64,000 bases of DNA from Euprymna scolopes (lineage: Eukaryota). A program made the translations under genes and the position numbers. Below, one piece after another: positions 1 to 11,540 of the stretch. Position 1 is the stretch's first letter; each line of letters begins with the position of its first letter. Below the pieces are notes generated by a model. The model was not told the DNA's origin and made no database searches. It saw nothing but the letters and a program-made list of their open reading frames with translations. The stretch lies in the NCBI GenBank assembly GCA_053919585.1, contig CM132807.1; one strand, 5' to 3'.

Positions 1-37
1 CTTATCATTAGCTACAAATAAAAAAAAAAAAAAAATT

Positions 38-3000
38 CTTCGTTTCTTTTTCTCTCTTAATTTCCCCTCTCTGTCCTGCTCTAAGTAAATCTGTCGACCT
101 AGTCCACAAATTCCAAAATTTCATCATGACAAGTTTCAAGAAAAAATACACGATTAAACCCGGTTCTCCAACTTCCAACGTAGACCCCTACTACCATGTC
201 TCCTTCTCCAACATCAGGGGTCTTCGTTCTAACCTTCCAGAGGTTGAAACCCAATTACAGGAGACTAAACCAGACCTTTTATTTTTAAGTGAAACTGGCA
301 TTGGACAGGCTATTTCCCTAGATGAGTTTGCAATTTCAGGATACTCTAACTTAACTTCTAAATCTGACCCCCAAGATCGCCATGGGCATGGAATATGTGC
401 CTATATTAAAGATAGCTTTCCATGTGGGAGGGACATCTCCAGGGAAGATCCTAACTTACCCTATATGTGCTTCCGGGTTGCTTTAGCTCACACTACTGCA
501 TTTATATTTACTCTCTATCGCCCCCACAACAGCGGAGTTACTATCTTTCAAAGCATATCTGAGAAAATTGACCAAGTCTTTTCTACTTATCCTTCAGCTA
601 ACATTCACGTATGTGGAGACTTCAATGTTCACAACGTCGAATGGTTGACCCACTCAAACAAGACCGATGATGAGGGGAGGTTCTGTCATGATTTCTCCAT
701 TGCCTATGACCTCACTCAGATTGTTCAGGAACCTACCCGTGTGCCCGATAATGACGGCCAGTATGCGAGCCTACTAGACCTTTTTCTCACAACTTGCCCT
801 GAACTATGTTCAGTTTCTGTTCTGTCGCCTCTTGGATCTTCCGACCACTCTGTTGTATCAATTAAGATAAAAATGAAATGTAATAAGTCCCCAGACGTAC
901 CTCTTCATCGTACAGTATATCGATACACTAAGGCTGACTGGGATAGCTTCCGTACATTTATATCTGATCTACCTCTGCATTCCATGTTTAAAAAGGATGT
1001 GTCCTCTATAGTATTAGACCTAACTGAATGGTTAATTGTAGGTATTGACCATTTCATACCCTCTAAAAAGTTTCAGAAAAAACCTAACAGCCAGCCATGG
1101 TTCTCTCCAGAATGTGCTGCTGCCATTGCGCACAGAAATCACTTTTTCCACTGCTTCAAACGTAATAGATGTATGGAAACTAAAGCCGTTTTCAGGACTG
1201 CCAGCAACCATTGTAAGAAAGTAATAAGGAACGCAAGAGTGTTGTATGCTAAATCTGTTAAGTCCAAAGTAGCTGAGCAGAGGCTTGGTTCCCAACAGTT
1301 TTGGCAAATAGCAAACAGAATCCTGAATAGAAGCGTGTGCTCCATCCCAACTATTATCAATGGACCTGAGGTAATCTCGTCAGCATCAGACAAAGCCAAA
1401 CTCTTTGTCAAGAACTTTGCAGCTAATTCTACCCTTTGCGACCAAGACCGCCAACCTCCAATATTTCCTCCTGTATCAGAAAACACGCTATGTGATATAC
1501 GTATATCTGTACGTGATGTTGCGAAGCTAATCAAAAACCTTGATTCGAGTAAAGCAACTGGCCCTGATGGTATTCCAATTATAGTACTCAAAAAACTTCA
1601 ACTTGAATTAGCGCCCATACTTACAAAACTGTTTAAACGTTGTCTTAAGGAGAATAGTTTCCCATCTCCCTGGAAAATCTCATCAGTATGCCCTGTATTT
1701 AAGAATTCAGGTGATCGCTCATCCCCCTCTCAGTACAGGCCAATAAGTCTCCTGTGCGTCATGAGTAAGTTGCTAGAATCTGTGTTAAATACAGAAGTAA
1801 TCAAACATCTCAACAAAAATAACCTTCTTAGTGACACTCAATATGGTTTCCGTTCTGCTAGATCTACAGCAGATGTCCTTACAGTTATATCGCATAGGAT
1901 TAGCAAATCTCTCGACGGTGACAATCTTTCTAGGGCAATTGCTCTTGACATATCTAAAGCCTTTGATAGGGTATGGCATAAAGGTTTACTTCATAAAATC
2001 GCTAGCTATGGTATAGCTGGAAAAGTCTTCTCAATTATTAAATCATTTCTTTCTGATAGGTTCATAAGAGTAGTAGTTGAGGGGCAAAAATCAGAAGCTC
2101 ACAGTATTAATGCCGGTGTCCCTCAGGGATCCATCCTGGGCCCAACTCTTTTCCTGATCTACATTAATGATCTTCCAAATCATATCCTTACATCATTTGT
2201 AGACATTTATGCTGACGACACTACCATTTATGGTACCACATCTAAGACAGTAAACGACCAAGTTCTCTCCAATTCTCTCTCCTCTGATCTTGAGCACGTA
2301 GTACAATGGGGAAAGGAGTGGCTGGTTACTTTTAATGCATCTAAAACCAAGCTTCTCTCTTTACATCATCAACATTCTAATTCACATTTGTCATCAATTG
2401 AAATGAATGGCTCTCGTCTTCAGGAGGCCTCAAGTTTTGACAAGCTTCTGGGCTTGACCATTACTCCTGATCTTAAATGGAACACGTATATCAAATCTGT
2501 TGCCAAGGCCGCTGGAAAAATGGTGGGATCTTTCTATCGATCCAGTAGATATCTCACTGCTGATGCTATTCTCTACCTATATAAGAGCCAGGTACGTCCA
2601 AGGATGGAATACTGTTGCCACGTCTGGGCAGGAGCTGCTAGAAAGGACTTGTCCTGCCTTGATAGAGTTCAAAATAGACTTCGTAGCCTCGTAGGAGATG
2701 TCCTTTTCTCCTCCTTGCAACCTCTATCTCACAGAAGAGATGTTGCGAGTTTGTCTCTGATGTATCGTTATTTTCATGGAAAGTGTTCAACTGAGCTTCA
2801 ATCTATGGTCCCCCCTCGCCAAACTTTCACAAGAAACACTCGTCTAGCTGTAAACACTATCAATAATTTCCCCCACTCTTTATCTGTGCCTAAACCTAAA
2901 CGTAGATTCCATGAACAAAGCTTCTTTCTTAGAACTGCACGCCTGTGGAATTGTCTTCCGTTTTCCTGCTTTCCGGCTGACTACAATATGGTTGTGTTCA

Positions 3001-3188
3001 AGTCTAAAGTAAATAAGTTCTTGATGAGCCGTTCCATATAAGTTATTAAATTTACCAAATTTTCATTACTAATGATTACTATATTGACCAATTTCTACTG
3101 TACACTCTTTAACCCTTATCCTTGAGTGGCCTCTGGGCCTTGATAATGTGGTGATGCCTTTGTAAAAAAAAAAAAAAAAAAAAAAAAA
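38..3188 (+). mobile_element. Young CR1-group LINE copy with short 3' UTR and poly(A) tail
   Basis: ~120-nt 3' UTR with TTATC..GGCC-TCTG-GGCC..GATAA stem, poly(A) at ~3164-3188. Both flanks read A(n)TT, a possible TSD. 5' boundary uncertain. Confidence 0.85.
126..3041 (+). CDS. Intact APE-endonuclease/reverse transcriptase ORF of a CR1-group non-LTR retrotransposon (971 aa)
   Basis: APE motifs SNIRGL, FLSET, LYRP, GDFN, SDH. RT motifs YRPISLL, QYGFR, LDISKAFD, GVPQGSILGP, YADD. No stops or frameshifts. Confidence 0.96.
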   Translation: MTSFKKKYTIKPGSPTSNVDPYYHVSFSNIRGLRSNLPEVETQLQETKPDLLFLSETGIGQAISLDEFAISGYSNLTSKSDPQDRHGHGICAYIKDSFPCGRDISREDPNLPYMCFRVALAHTTAFIFTLYRPHNSGVTIFQSISEKIDQVFSTYPSANIHVCGDFNVHNVEWLTHSNKTDDEGRFCHDFSIAYDLTQIVQEPTRVPDNDGQYASLLDLFLTTCPELCSVSVLSPLGSSDHSVVSIKIKMKCNKSPDVPLHRTVYRYTKADWDSFRTFISDLPLHSMFKKDVSSIVLDLTEWLIVGIDHFIPSKKFQKKPNSQPWFSPECAAAIAHRNHFFHCFKRNRCMETKAVFRTASNHCKKVIRNARVLYAKSVKSKVAEQRLGSQQFWQIANRILNRSVCSIPTIINGPEVISSASDKAKLFVKNFAANSTLCDQDRQPPIFPPVSENTLCDIRISVRDVAKLIKNLDSSKATGPDGIPIIVLKKLQLELAPILTKLFKRCLKENSFPSPWKISSVCPVFKNSGDRSSPSQYRPISLLCVMSKLLESVLNTEVIKHLNKNNLLSDTQYGFRSARSTADVLTVISHRISKSLDGDNLSRAIALDISKAFDRVWHKGLLHKIASYGIAGKVFSIIKSFLSDRFIRVVVEGQKSEAHSINAGVPQGSILGPTLFLIYINDLPNHILTSFVDIYADDTTIYGTTSKTVNDQVLSNSLSSDLEHVVQWGKEWLVTFNASKTKLLSLHHQHSNSHLSSIEMNGSRLQEASSFDKLLGLTITPDLKWNTYIKSVAKAAGKMVGSFYRSSRYLTADAILYLYKSQVRPRMEYCCHVWAGAARKDLSCLDRVQNRLRSLVGDVLFSSLQPLSHRRDVASLSLMYRYFHGKCSTELQSMVPPRQTFTRNTRLAVNTINNFPHSLSVPKPKRRFHEQSFFLRTARLWNCLPFSCFPADYNMVVFKSKVNKFLMSRSI

Positions 3189-3579
3189 TTGACCTCTTCT
3201 TTGTCTTATGATCATTTTAATTACTTAATTGATTTTTATAATCATCGTAATCCGAGCCGTTAATTCCCATAGTCTGAACTGTCTTTGTCATTTAATTTAT
3301 TCTCCTCATCAGCCTTCTCTAATATTGATCACTATCGTTAACGTTGTCCAGTTTTTGTTTTACTGTGACCCAACAACCTATGGTGGTCAAAAATCGCCTC
3401 AGTTAGGGGCCAATGAGGGCTGAATGAATGTTTTTACTATATGCACAATCCTGGATACCAGTAGGCGGTCTTGCCTATCGAAACGGTTTGATTGGTGATG
3501 AATACATAGAGGAAAAAAATAATTTCGGAAACATTAATAATAATATTGTTTAGTGAAAAGAAGCGTTACATGGTGTCGA

Positions 3580-4236
3580 TTGGGATTACCAAATGATTTA
3601 TGCAGATCACTAAAGTTAAGCAATATGTAGTCTGGTCATTCTAAGATGTATGACTATTTGGGATTACCAAATGATTTATGCAGATCACTAACGTTAAGCA
3701 ATATGTAGTCTGGTCATTCTAAGATGGGTGACTACTTGGGATTACCAAATGATTTATGCAGATAACTAAAGTTAAGCAATATGTAGTCTGGTCATTCTAA
3801 GATGTGTGACTATTTGGGATTACCAAATGATTTATGCAGATCACTAACGTTAAGCAATATGTAGTCTGGTCATTCTAAGATGGGTGACTACTTGAGATTA
3901 CCAAATGATTTATGCAGATCACTAAAGTTAAGCAATATGTAGTCTGGTCATTCTAAGATGTGTGACTATTTGGGATTACCAAATGATTTATGCAGATCAC
4001 TAACGTTAAGCAATATGTAGTCTGGTCATTCTAAGATGGGTGACTACTTGGGATTACCAAATGATTTATGCAGATCACTAAAGTTAAGCAATATGTAGTC
4101 TGGTCTTTCTAAGATGTGTGACTATTTGGGATTACCAAATGATTTATGCAGATCACTAACGTTAAGCAATATGTAGTCTGGTCATTCTAGGATGGGTGAC
4201 TACTTGGGATTACCAAATGATTTATGCAGATCACTA
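3580..4236. repeat. 78-bp tandem repeat, ~8.4 copies, alternating A/B variants (156-bp dimer)
   Basis: TGGGATTACCAAATG recurs at 3581, 3659, 3737 ... 4205. CTAAAG/CTAACG and GACTATT/GACTACT alternate. Confidence 0.97.
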
Positions 4237-4245
4237 ATCACTAGA

Positions 4246-4440
4246 TTGTTATAATATGTAAGTGATCTCCCTTGGAGGTAGCTTCATTCTCGAATACTAT
4301 TCGATTAATATACAATCATTGTTATCATATGCAAGTGACCTCCCTTGGATGTAGCTTTATTGTCGTATACCATTAGATTAATATGCAATCATTGTAATAT
4401 TAAGCTAGTGAACTCTCTTCGATGTGGCTTCATAGCTGAA
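4246..4440. repeat. Degenerate ~72-bp tandem repeat, ~2.7 copies
   Basis: ATTGTTAT..AAGTGA.CTCCCTTGGA.GTAGCTT recurs at ~4246, 4318, 4391. Confidence 0.75.
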
Positions 4441-4447
4441 TATTTGT

Positions 4448-6184
4448 ACTAGGAGAATACCCAACGTTGCCAGTGATTGGATAAGAAAGGTGGATATATG
4501 TATTAGCAAATACCCGACGTTGCCTGGGATTGGATGAGAAAGGTTATATGTTTCCTAGGGAATACCTGGGATCGGATAAGGTAGGTGGATATTTGTGATA
4601 ACATAATAACCTGGATAGGAAAAGTGGACGATTGTGTCGTAAAATCATGAAAAATTATTGTCCAAATAAGTAACATATCAAAGAATTATGAAAAATGATG
4701 AAATATGAGTTATTTGATTGGTGTGTTTGTAATGAAATAACAAGCCTGACAATGTCTCAAATGTATTTTTTGTAAAAGGAAGGGGATTATGTGGGTTAAA
4801 TAATAAAAAATGATTGTCGAAATTAGTAACATATCCAAGAATTATGAAAAATGGTCAAATGTGAGTAACTTGATAGGTGTGTTTGTAATGAAAAAAAAAC
4901 AGCCATACAATGTATGAAAAATTAAGTTTTTATTATTTGATTGGTGTGGTTATAATGAAATAAGCAGCCCAGTCAATGTAGCAAATGTATGATTTTAGTA
5001 AGAATATGTGCACACTCATTTAATTTGATTGTCGAAATTCATAATATATCCAAGAATTATAAAAAAATGATGAAATGTGAGGTATTTTATTGATGTGTTT
5101 GTAATGAAATAAACAACCCAGCCATGTCTCAAAGGTATTATTTTAGTAAGAGTGATTAAGTGATTGAACGCAGAAAAAATGACGTTTGAAATTTGCAGCA
5201 TATCCAACAATTATGAAAAATGATGGCATGTAAGTTATTTGATTGGTGCATTCGTAATGAACTAGACAGACCAGACAATGTATGGAAATTATTATTTTAG
5301 TAAGAGGTCACGATTATTTGGATTACTTCATTAAAAATAATTGTCGAAATTAGTAGCATATCCAAGAATTATGAAAAATGATATAATATGAGTTAATTTG
5401 TTGGTGTGGTTGTAATGAAATAATCAGCCATACAATGTCTAAAAGTTATTATTTTAGTGATAGAAGGGGGCGATAATGTGGATTTACTCATGAAAAATGA
5501 TAATCGAAATAGTAACATACCATAGCCAAGCAAGTTTTTATTTTATTTTAGTAAGAGTAAAGTTAAATCATTTGACATGGCTGTGTAAATTAGTAACATA
5601 TCCAAAAATTATGAAAAATTATGAAATGGGGGTTATTTGGATGATGTGTTTGTAATGAAAAACCAGCCAAGACAATGTCTTAAAGTTATTATTTTATACA
5701 GGTGGGCGTGGGATGTAATGAGATAGATGCAAATATATACTAGCAGAATACTTAGCGTTGTCTTGGATTGAATTTGATTGATTGAAATATATACTAACAG
5801 AATACCTTGCGTCGCCCAGGATTTAATGAGATTGATTGAGATATATACTAGCACAACGCCCAGCGTTGCCCGGGATTGAATGAAATAGTTAAGAATATAT
5901 ATTAGCAAAATACCTGGCAACGCTTGGGATTTGATGAGATAAATGTGTTGTATATTACCCGTCCTTGCATATACATGCTGTAAATTACCTACTCTAGGTA
6001 AGATACAATTATTTCATATGTTTAATACCCGTCGTATGTAGGTAAAATATTCTTTTGCTCGAAATAGCAAATGATACATAAACATACAAAATTCCTCTCT
6101 CATAAGAATAATAAATATATTACAAAACCAAATTAAATTTTCTCATTGTTTATACTATCCCGAGCAACGCCGGGTAGCCCCCTA

Positions 6185-6185
<1 letters not shown>
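4448..6185. mobile_element. Composite non-autonomous Helitron region: + strand 3' end at 6185 and internal arrays of - strand 3' ends
   Basis: Hairpin CCCGAGCAACGCCGGG (6159-6174) then CTAG|T (6182-6185). Reverse-strand termini at 4449, 4503, 4555 and 5740, 5794, 5848, 5902. Confidence 0.75.
4650..5700. repeat. Degenerate ~155-215-bp tandem repeat, ~7 copies
   Basis: ATTGTCGAAATTAGTAACATATCCAAGAATTATGAAAAATG..TTGTAATGAAA..ACAATGT block recurs. Confidence 0.8.
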
Positions 6186-6240
<55 letters not shown>

Positions 6241-7079
6241 GAAAAATATAACATGGAAATTACATAATTGTCGATGCACGTTCTTACACGTAATAGAAAA
6301 TTCAAATGTATTATAAGATAATATTTATTTCAAACTAATTTTAACATGAAAACATACAAATAGTTTTAAAACTTTGTATATACATTTTTTATATATCTTT
6401 TAATAGGCTTATTTTCCATGACTCAATTAACTCTATGACGCGCGTATCATCTTCATTTTCTTTCCCTTCTCTTTCTCAGAGATTCTAGACTAATTAAACC
6501 ATATGACAGGCAGCAGATGGTCACTCTCTTCCTTCTTTCTTCTTTTTTCTTTCTTCTTCTCTTTCCCTTACGCGCAGTTTATTTCCTTCTCTCTATATCC
6601 GTATATTTCTCCCTCTTCTTCCTAGGTTAGTAAACGCGTGTCAAGTCATTTACGTGTAAGAACGTGCATTTTTAGGGGCGTGTGTGTTGGGTGTGTGTGT
6701 GTGTGTGCGTGTGTGTGTGTGTCTGTTGTTACGTCGGGCTACCGGACAGCCGTTTAAGTGTCATAATGTTCTTGTTGTTGTTTTTTTAAAAAATCCCTCC
6801 CATACTAACTTAATTCCCACCCTCTCTATAAAATGTATTAAGTGGATTGCTACTACCACCCCTCTGGTTTTTGAGGGTCGGGGCCCGATTCTTTTTCTTT
6901 ATTTATTTCAGTATCCAAAATGTAATTGTCTAGTTTAGATGCTTGAAAATACCATAAGGTTGAAATAAATTATTGCATCGACAATTATGTAATTTCCGTG
7001 TTATATTTTTATGTTATTGCTCTGTTTACCACATTGAGCTCTCATACCCGGATTTCCTCCTGGAATTATTCCATTATAA

Positions 7080-7083
<4 letters not shown>
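6241..7083. mobile_element. Small ribozyme-bearing, probably Penelope-derived remnant with split inverted repeat, between (TA)n tracts
   Basis: 6241-6292 is the reverse complement of 6650-6669 fused to 6974-7010. Hammerhead at 6920-6990. Confidence 0.6.
6920..6990 (+). ncRNA. Type I hammerhead ribozyme, U3-A8 core variant
   Basis: Stem I TAATTGTC-(TAGTTTA bulge)-GATGC / GCATC-GACAATTA. Core TTGAAAA. Stem II ACC-ATAA-GGT. GAAA. Stem III ATA-AAT-TAT. Predicted AUU cleavage triplet. Confidence 0.72.
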
Positions 7084-7139
<56 letters not shown>

Positions 7140-7294
7140 GGTTGAGAGATTCCAACGGGAGAAAATGTATATTTAAATGAGAAAGATCACCAACAATTGC
7201 TATGTATTTTTTAACATTATTTTATTATTCCGTGTTTTGATTTTTCATTCACAACGGTGTCATATTTAGATCACTGTAATTATGTTTTAAATCA

Positions 7295-7355
7295 TTGAAA
7301 TAGTTTTTACGCGTTTCAGACGTTCTGTGAAGCGACCTCTTCAGAAATTATTCAA
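7295..7355 (-). ncRNA. Minimal type I hammerhead ribozyme in the Penelope pseudo-LTR
   Basis: Minus strand: TTGAATAATTT-CTGAAGA-GGTCGCTTCACAGAACGTCT-GAAA-CGCG-TA-AAAACTATTTCAA. Stems I and II pair; palindromic stem III. Confidence 0.8.
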
Positions 7356-7626
7356 AGTGTAAAATATTTAAAATATATTTAAAATGTGTTCAGAATGTAT
7401 AAAAGCATTTTCGCAGTCCATTTTGGTGAGTCCGAGCGGCGGAAATGTCTGTAACTGATTCTACAGGTCTTCACAGGTGTTTTTCACCCCTACCCTTTAT
7501 TATTGGGGGCCAGACCATGGTCATTGCTGCCTTTTGCTTTTCTCTCTCTCTCTTTTCTTGTTTGTCGTTTTACTACTTTTTTATTTATTTTTTATTACTT
7601 GGGTTGTCATATGAGTGCGTAGGGGA

Positions 7627-7670
<44 letters not shown>

Positions 7671-8079
7671 CCTTGTATTATTTTGTAGAATGTGTGTTAT
7701 ATGTCTAATAGTTTTATAACATTATACTTTATGTGCTTGCCTTAGAAAGCAGATGTGATACAAGGTCGTTTTTAATGTGTGTCTGAGAGTGGCACTTGGA
7801 AAGGCACAAGTATAAGAATGAGAATTATCTCAGTTATGAAGGATATTTCCTGCACTGACTGAGGGAGGAGGGCTGGGTGTAGTTTCGGAGCAGATACTAC
7901 ACTGTGGTACTAGGTATTTTTGGTGTTGTAGGTTTCGAGGTAAGGTTGGTATTGTTCAATATGTTATACTAGAGATAGGAGTGTCGTGCCTGTGTTTGGT
8001 TGTATGTATGTGTGTGTATGTGTGTTTTAATGTATCGGTTATGATTAATGTGTTGGGGTGTACATATATATGTGTCTGC

Positions 8080-11000
8080 GTGTGAGTGTGCGTTGCATTT
8101 CATTTTTTTGTGTGTTGATATTAAGCTTTGTTCCATTCGGGAGTGAATCTTGTTAGGAAGTTTGTTATCCTGTGTAATTGAATAAAAGTAATTGCCTGTT
8201 TGGAAGATTGGCATTATTTTTAAGCTATTTCCACTGCATGTGCGCACGTGTTTTCAAACATAGAGGTGTCTGTTATCTCAAATTTTAATATTGCTCTCAT
8301 GTAAGGCCACTCTATTGCTGAGGTTTTTGGTGGTGCCTATGTAAGATTCGTCGCATGCTGTGCATCTTAGTGCATACACTATATTTCTGGAGGTCCGGTT
8401 TAGGTCCTTTTTTATTCTGAATGTTTGCGTTGGATTTTTGATGTGTATATGTTTCCTTCTATTATTATATCACAAACTCCGCATCGCTGTTTATTGCATT
8501 TTGTAATTCCTTTTGTAGTGTGTCGAACGAATTTAGAGGAGGTTAGGAAGTGTTTTAAGTTTTATCTTAATTATTTATGTTGTTTAATTCATGGTTTTGA
8601 CTGAGAACGATAAGGTTTTTCGTTATCTGTGTGAATAGTTCTGGGTTGTTTGTGCTGTGTGTGGAGATGTATGGTACAAATTGTTTTTGTTGTGTTTTTG
8701 GGAGGTTTCTTAGTTGATCTACTGGGATTTTTCTACCAGTTCAATACCTCTACGATGCAGGGTTATTTGCAGTACATTTAGTCGAGTCGAACGGAGATGT
8801 CGGTCTATGACCATAGTGGCAAGGAGTAGGTTATGGATTTTAGACAGTTTTGGGGATGGTGGCTTTTGAAATGGAGGTATTGTTGAGTGTATGTGGGTTT
8901 GTGGTAGATTCTGTTATTATGTTGTTGTTTTTGATTGTTACTAGGATGTCTAGAAAAGTAGTTCTGTGGGGCTCTATTCAAGGGTGAAGTTTATTTTGGG
9001 GTGTAGGTTTTGTAGTATAGTGTGCAGCTCTCTGATATCCTACCATGTGGTTTTCTAGATGACAAAGCAGTCGTCCAGATATCTTTTCAAAGATTTTATG
9101 AAGAGTATTTTGATATTGTTTCCGTATTTCTGCTCTATCTTTTTATAAAGGATCTACTCCAGGACGGCGATTGTAAGGGTGGCATATGTTGGTCCCATTT
9201 TAGTACCCACTGCTGTGTCTACTGTTTGGATGTAATTGTCATTATTAAATTCGAAGGAGTTATTGTTTAGGATTATGCCAATTCTGTCAATCACGAATTG
9301 TTTGGTGAATCTGGGGTGGAAAGTTTGTGAATATTTGTCAACCCAGTATGAGATAGCCTTCTTTCCCAATTTTTGTGGGATATTGCTGTATGGGCTGCTG
9401 ACATCGAATATGACTAATATTGTCCGATCCTCTACTGTTTTTGATAGGGATCTAAGGATATGTATATCATTTCTTATGTAACTTCTGACTAGATTGGTGA
9501 AGGGATGTAATAGTATATCTATTAGGTTGCTAAGTCTACTTGTTGGGCATGCTGGTCCTGCTACTATGGGTCTGAGTGTGAGGTCATTGAGGTTTGGGGT
9601 GCTTATGTATTCTGACTTTTGTACGTTGATGGCATGTCTTACCCCGTTAGATTTGTGTAGATAGTCTATAGAAGATGTTTGTTATTGTTGTGAAATTTGT
9701 AAGGAAGTCTTTAATTTTTAATTAATGTTCTATTGCATGTTACGCAGATTTTTGTGATTTTAGATATCGCTGTGTTGTCTATGTTAGAGCTAATCAGTTT
9801 CTAACAGTTTTCGTTCCCTAGTGATACTAAAATTTTTGTTTTATAGTAGTCTTTATTCATGGTAACCACTGCATTACCTTTGTCTGCTTCCTTTATGTTG
9901 CTATTAAGTCGGATTTTTTCAATTGCTTGATTTTGTTTTCGTGTTAGATTACTGGTGTTTTTTTTCTTTTTGTTGGGGGTTAAAGTTCCAGAGCTATTCA
10001 AAGAAGGTGTTTAGCTCCTTTGTATTGTCTTGTTTGTTGGGAAAGTATGTTGATTTGTTTTCCACTAGAAAATCCTATGTTGTGTTTTTCCTGTCATTTA
10101 ATAAATCTATCAGTCTGAATTTGCGTTCAGATTCTTCAAGGTCTTTCTTTAACTCTGCTATGTAATTTTGGTGTTTGGGCAGAATTATAGGCCCAGTCTT
10201 AGTACTTCAATTTCGTTCTTTGTAAATGTCTCTGTAGATAGATTTATGACTGTGTTTTATGTTGTCTAGTCTGGTATTGTCATTTTGTGAGGGATTCCTA
10301 AAAAATGATGGTATGGGTTTTTGGTTTCATTGTTTTGGTTGAACGGTTGATTATATTGATGTATAGGGATGTATGGATTATGATAGTACTTGGAGTATTT
10401 AGATTGGCTGCGTTGGCGTGGTGGGTATTTTTTAGTCTGCTTCGTTCTGTGGAGTACTGGGGGTGGATGGTGTAGGGATTATTTGGGGTTGGGTGGTATC
10501 TATGGATGTGGTTTTGATTCATTGGGTAGGTTCGATAGGGATTGTTAAGTAAGGGAATTTTTTGGTGATTTGTATGGGTGAGGTAGGGTGATAGGTAGCG
10601 GGTTCTTGACTGTGTAGAATGATGTCGTTGGTAATAACTATTTTTGTATTGCTGTGTGGGGTTGAATTATTTAAGAATGTTGTGTGGGGGGTTGTCAGTA
10701 TTTGATATGTTGTTTGGCGTGGTTTGGTAGTAGTATTCGTATGGTGCCTGTATTCGTGTGTGGATGTGTGGTGTGTTTGATGGGGGTTTTGGTTGAGCTG
10801 GTTGGTGGGGATGGATGGATGGTGTGGGTATGTTGTTTTCGTTTCGTTGTGTGTACCTCAATCTGTTGTATGAGTATATTTGTGAGTGATGTGTGTCTCG
10901 TTTCTTTCATGTCCGGTGCTTGTTATTTTTTTCTTTTTATGGTAGGTTTTTCAGCCAGGTTATTTTTCTTCCGATAATTCTCTGGGATTTTTCCTCCTCG

Positions 11001-11540
11001 TCTCTACAGTTAGATTCCCAAAGTCTAAAAACGAATTGGTGAGTCTCCTTGGGGCATAGTTTTCTGATGTCGGTTAGCATTGTATCATCGATTTTTGTGT
11101 ATTCCTCTGTAAGGTGTATTTTCCTGTCCTCCTGTATGTCGATTTCGGTCTGTTGTTTTGATACTTTAGGGCTTTTTAATTTTCTTTTGCTCCTGTGTGT
11201 CCTGTGGTGTGACTTCTTCTCGGAATGTGTTTGGAATAAACTGCTAGTTTAAAATGTCCTGTAGGTTAGAGCGGTGCTGCGGAATTTGACCGCATGGTAG
11301 AAGGCCATTTTCTCTGTTTTCGTTGTTTTTTAGTAGTTCAATAATTTTGCCAATATTAGTTTATATCTTATCCTGTTGGTTTGATAGGATTATGATTATT
11401 CTGTCCATCTTTTCATTTAGTTTTAGTATTTTCCTCGAGGGGTTTGTTTTCCATGTTAGGTGTTGTTTGGGATTCTGGTGTATCGTCTACAGGCTTTTTA
11501 CGTATTGGTGGCATTCTTTCGTTGTACTTGAATATATTTA
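8080..11540 (-). pseudogene. Disrupted Penelope RT + GIY-YIG ORF
   Basis: KEADKGNAVV, DTAVGTKMGPTYA, KRYLDDCF (~9060-9088), Cys linker KCNKQRCGVC, NIVYALRCTACDESYIGTT (~8330-8390). Many stops and frameshifts. Confidence 0.9.

Noticed and set aside
1032-2694. Antisense and alternate-frame ORFs inside the LINE ORF
   Set aside because: Shadow frames with no recognisable motifs.
3446-3494. Hammerhead-like motif CAATC-CTGGATA..TAGGC/GCCTA..GAAACGGTTT-GATTG
   Set aside because: The stems fit but the core is broken. At most a dead remnant.
3580-4236. CRISPR-like array next to a reverse transcriptase
   Set aside because: Units are contiguous and near-identical with no unique spacers, there are no cas genes, and the context is eukaryotic. 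The same applies to the 46- and 167-bp arrays.
6998-7180. Short ORFs with YIYIYI, CVCV or X runs, here and elsewhere
   Set aside because: They are translations of microsatellites or N-gaps.
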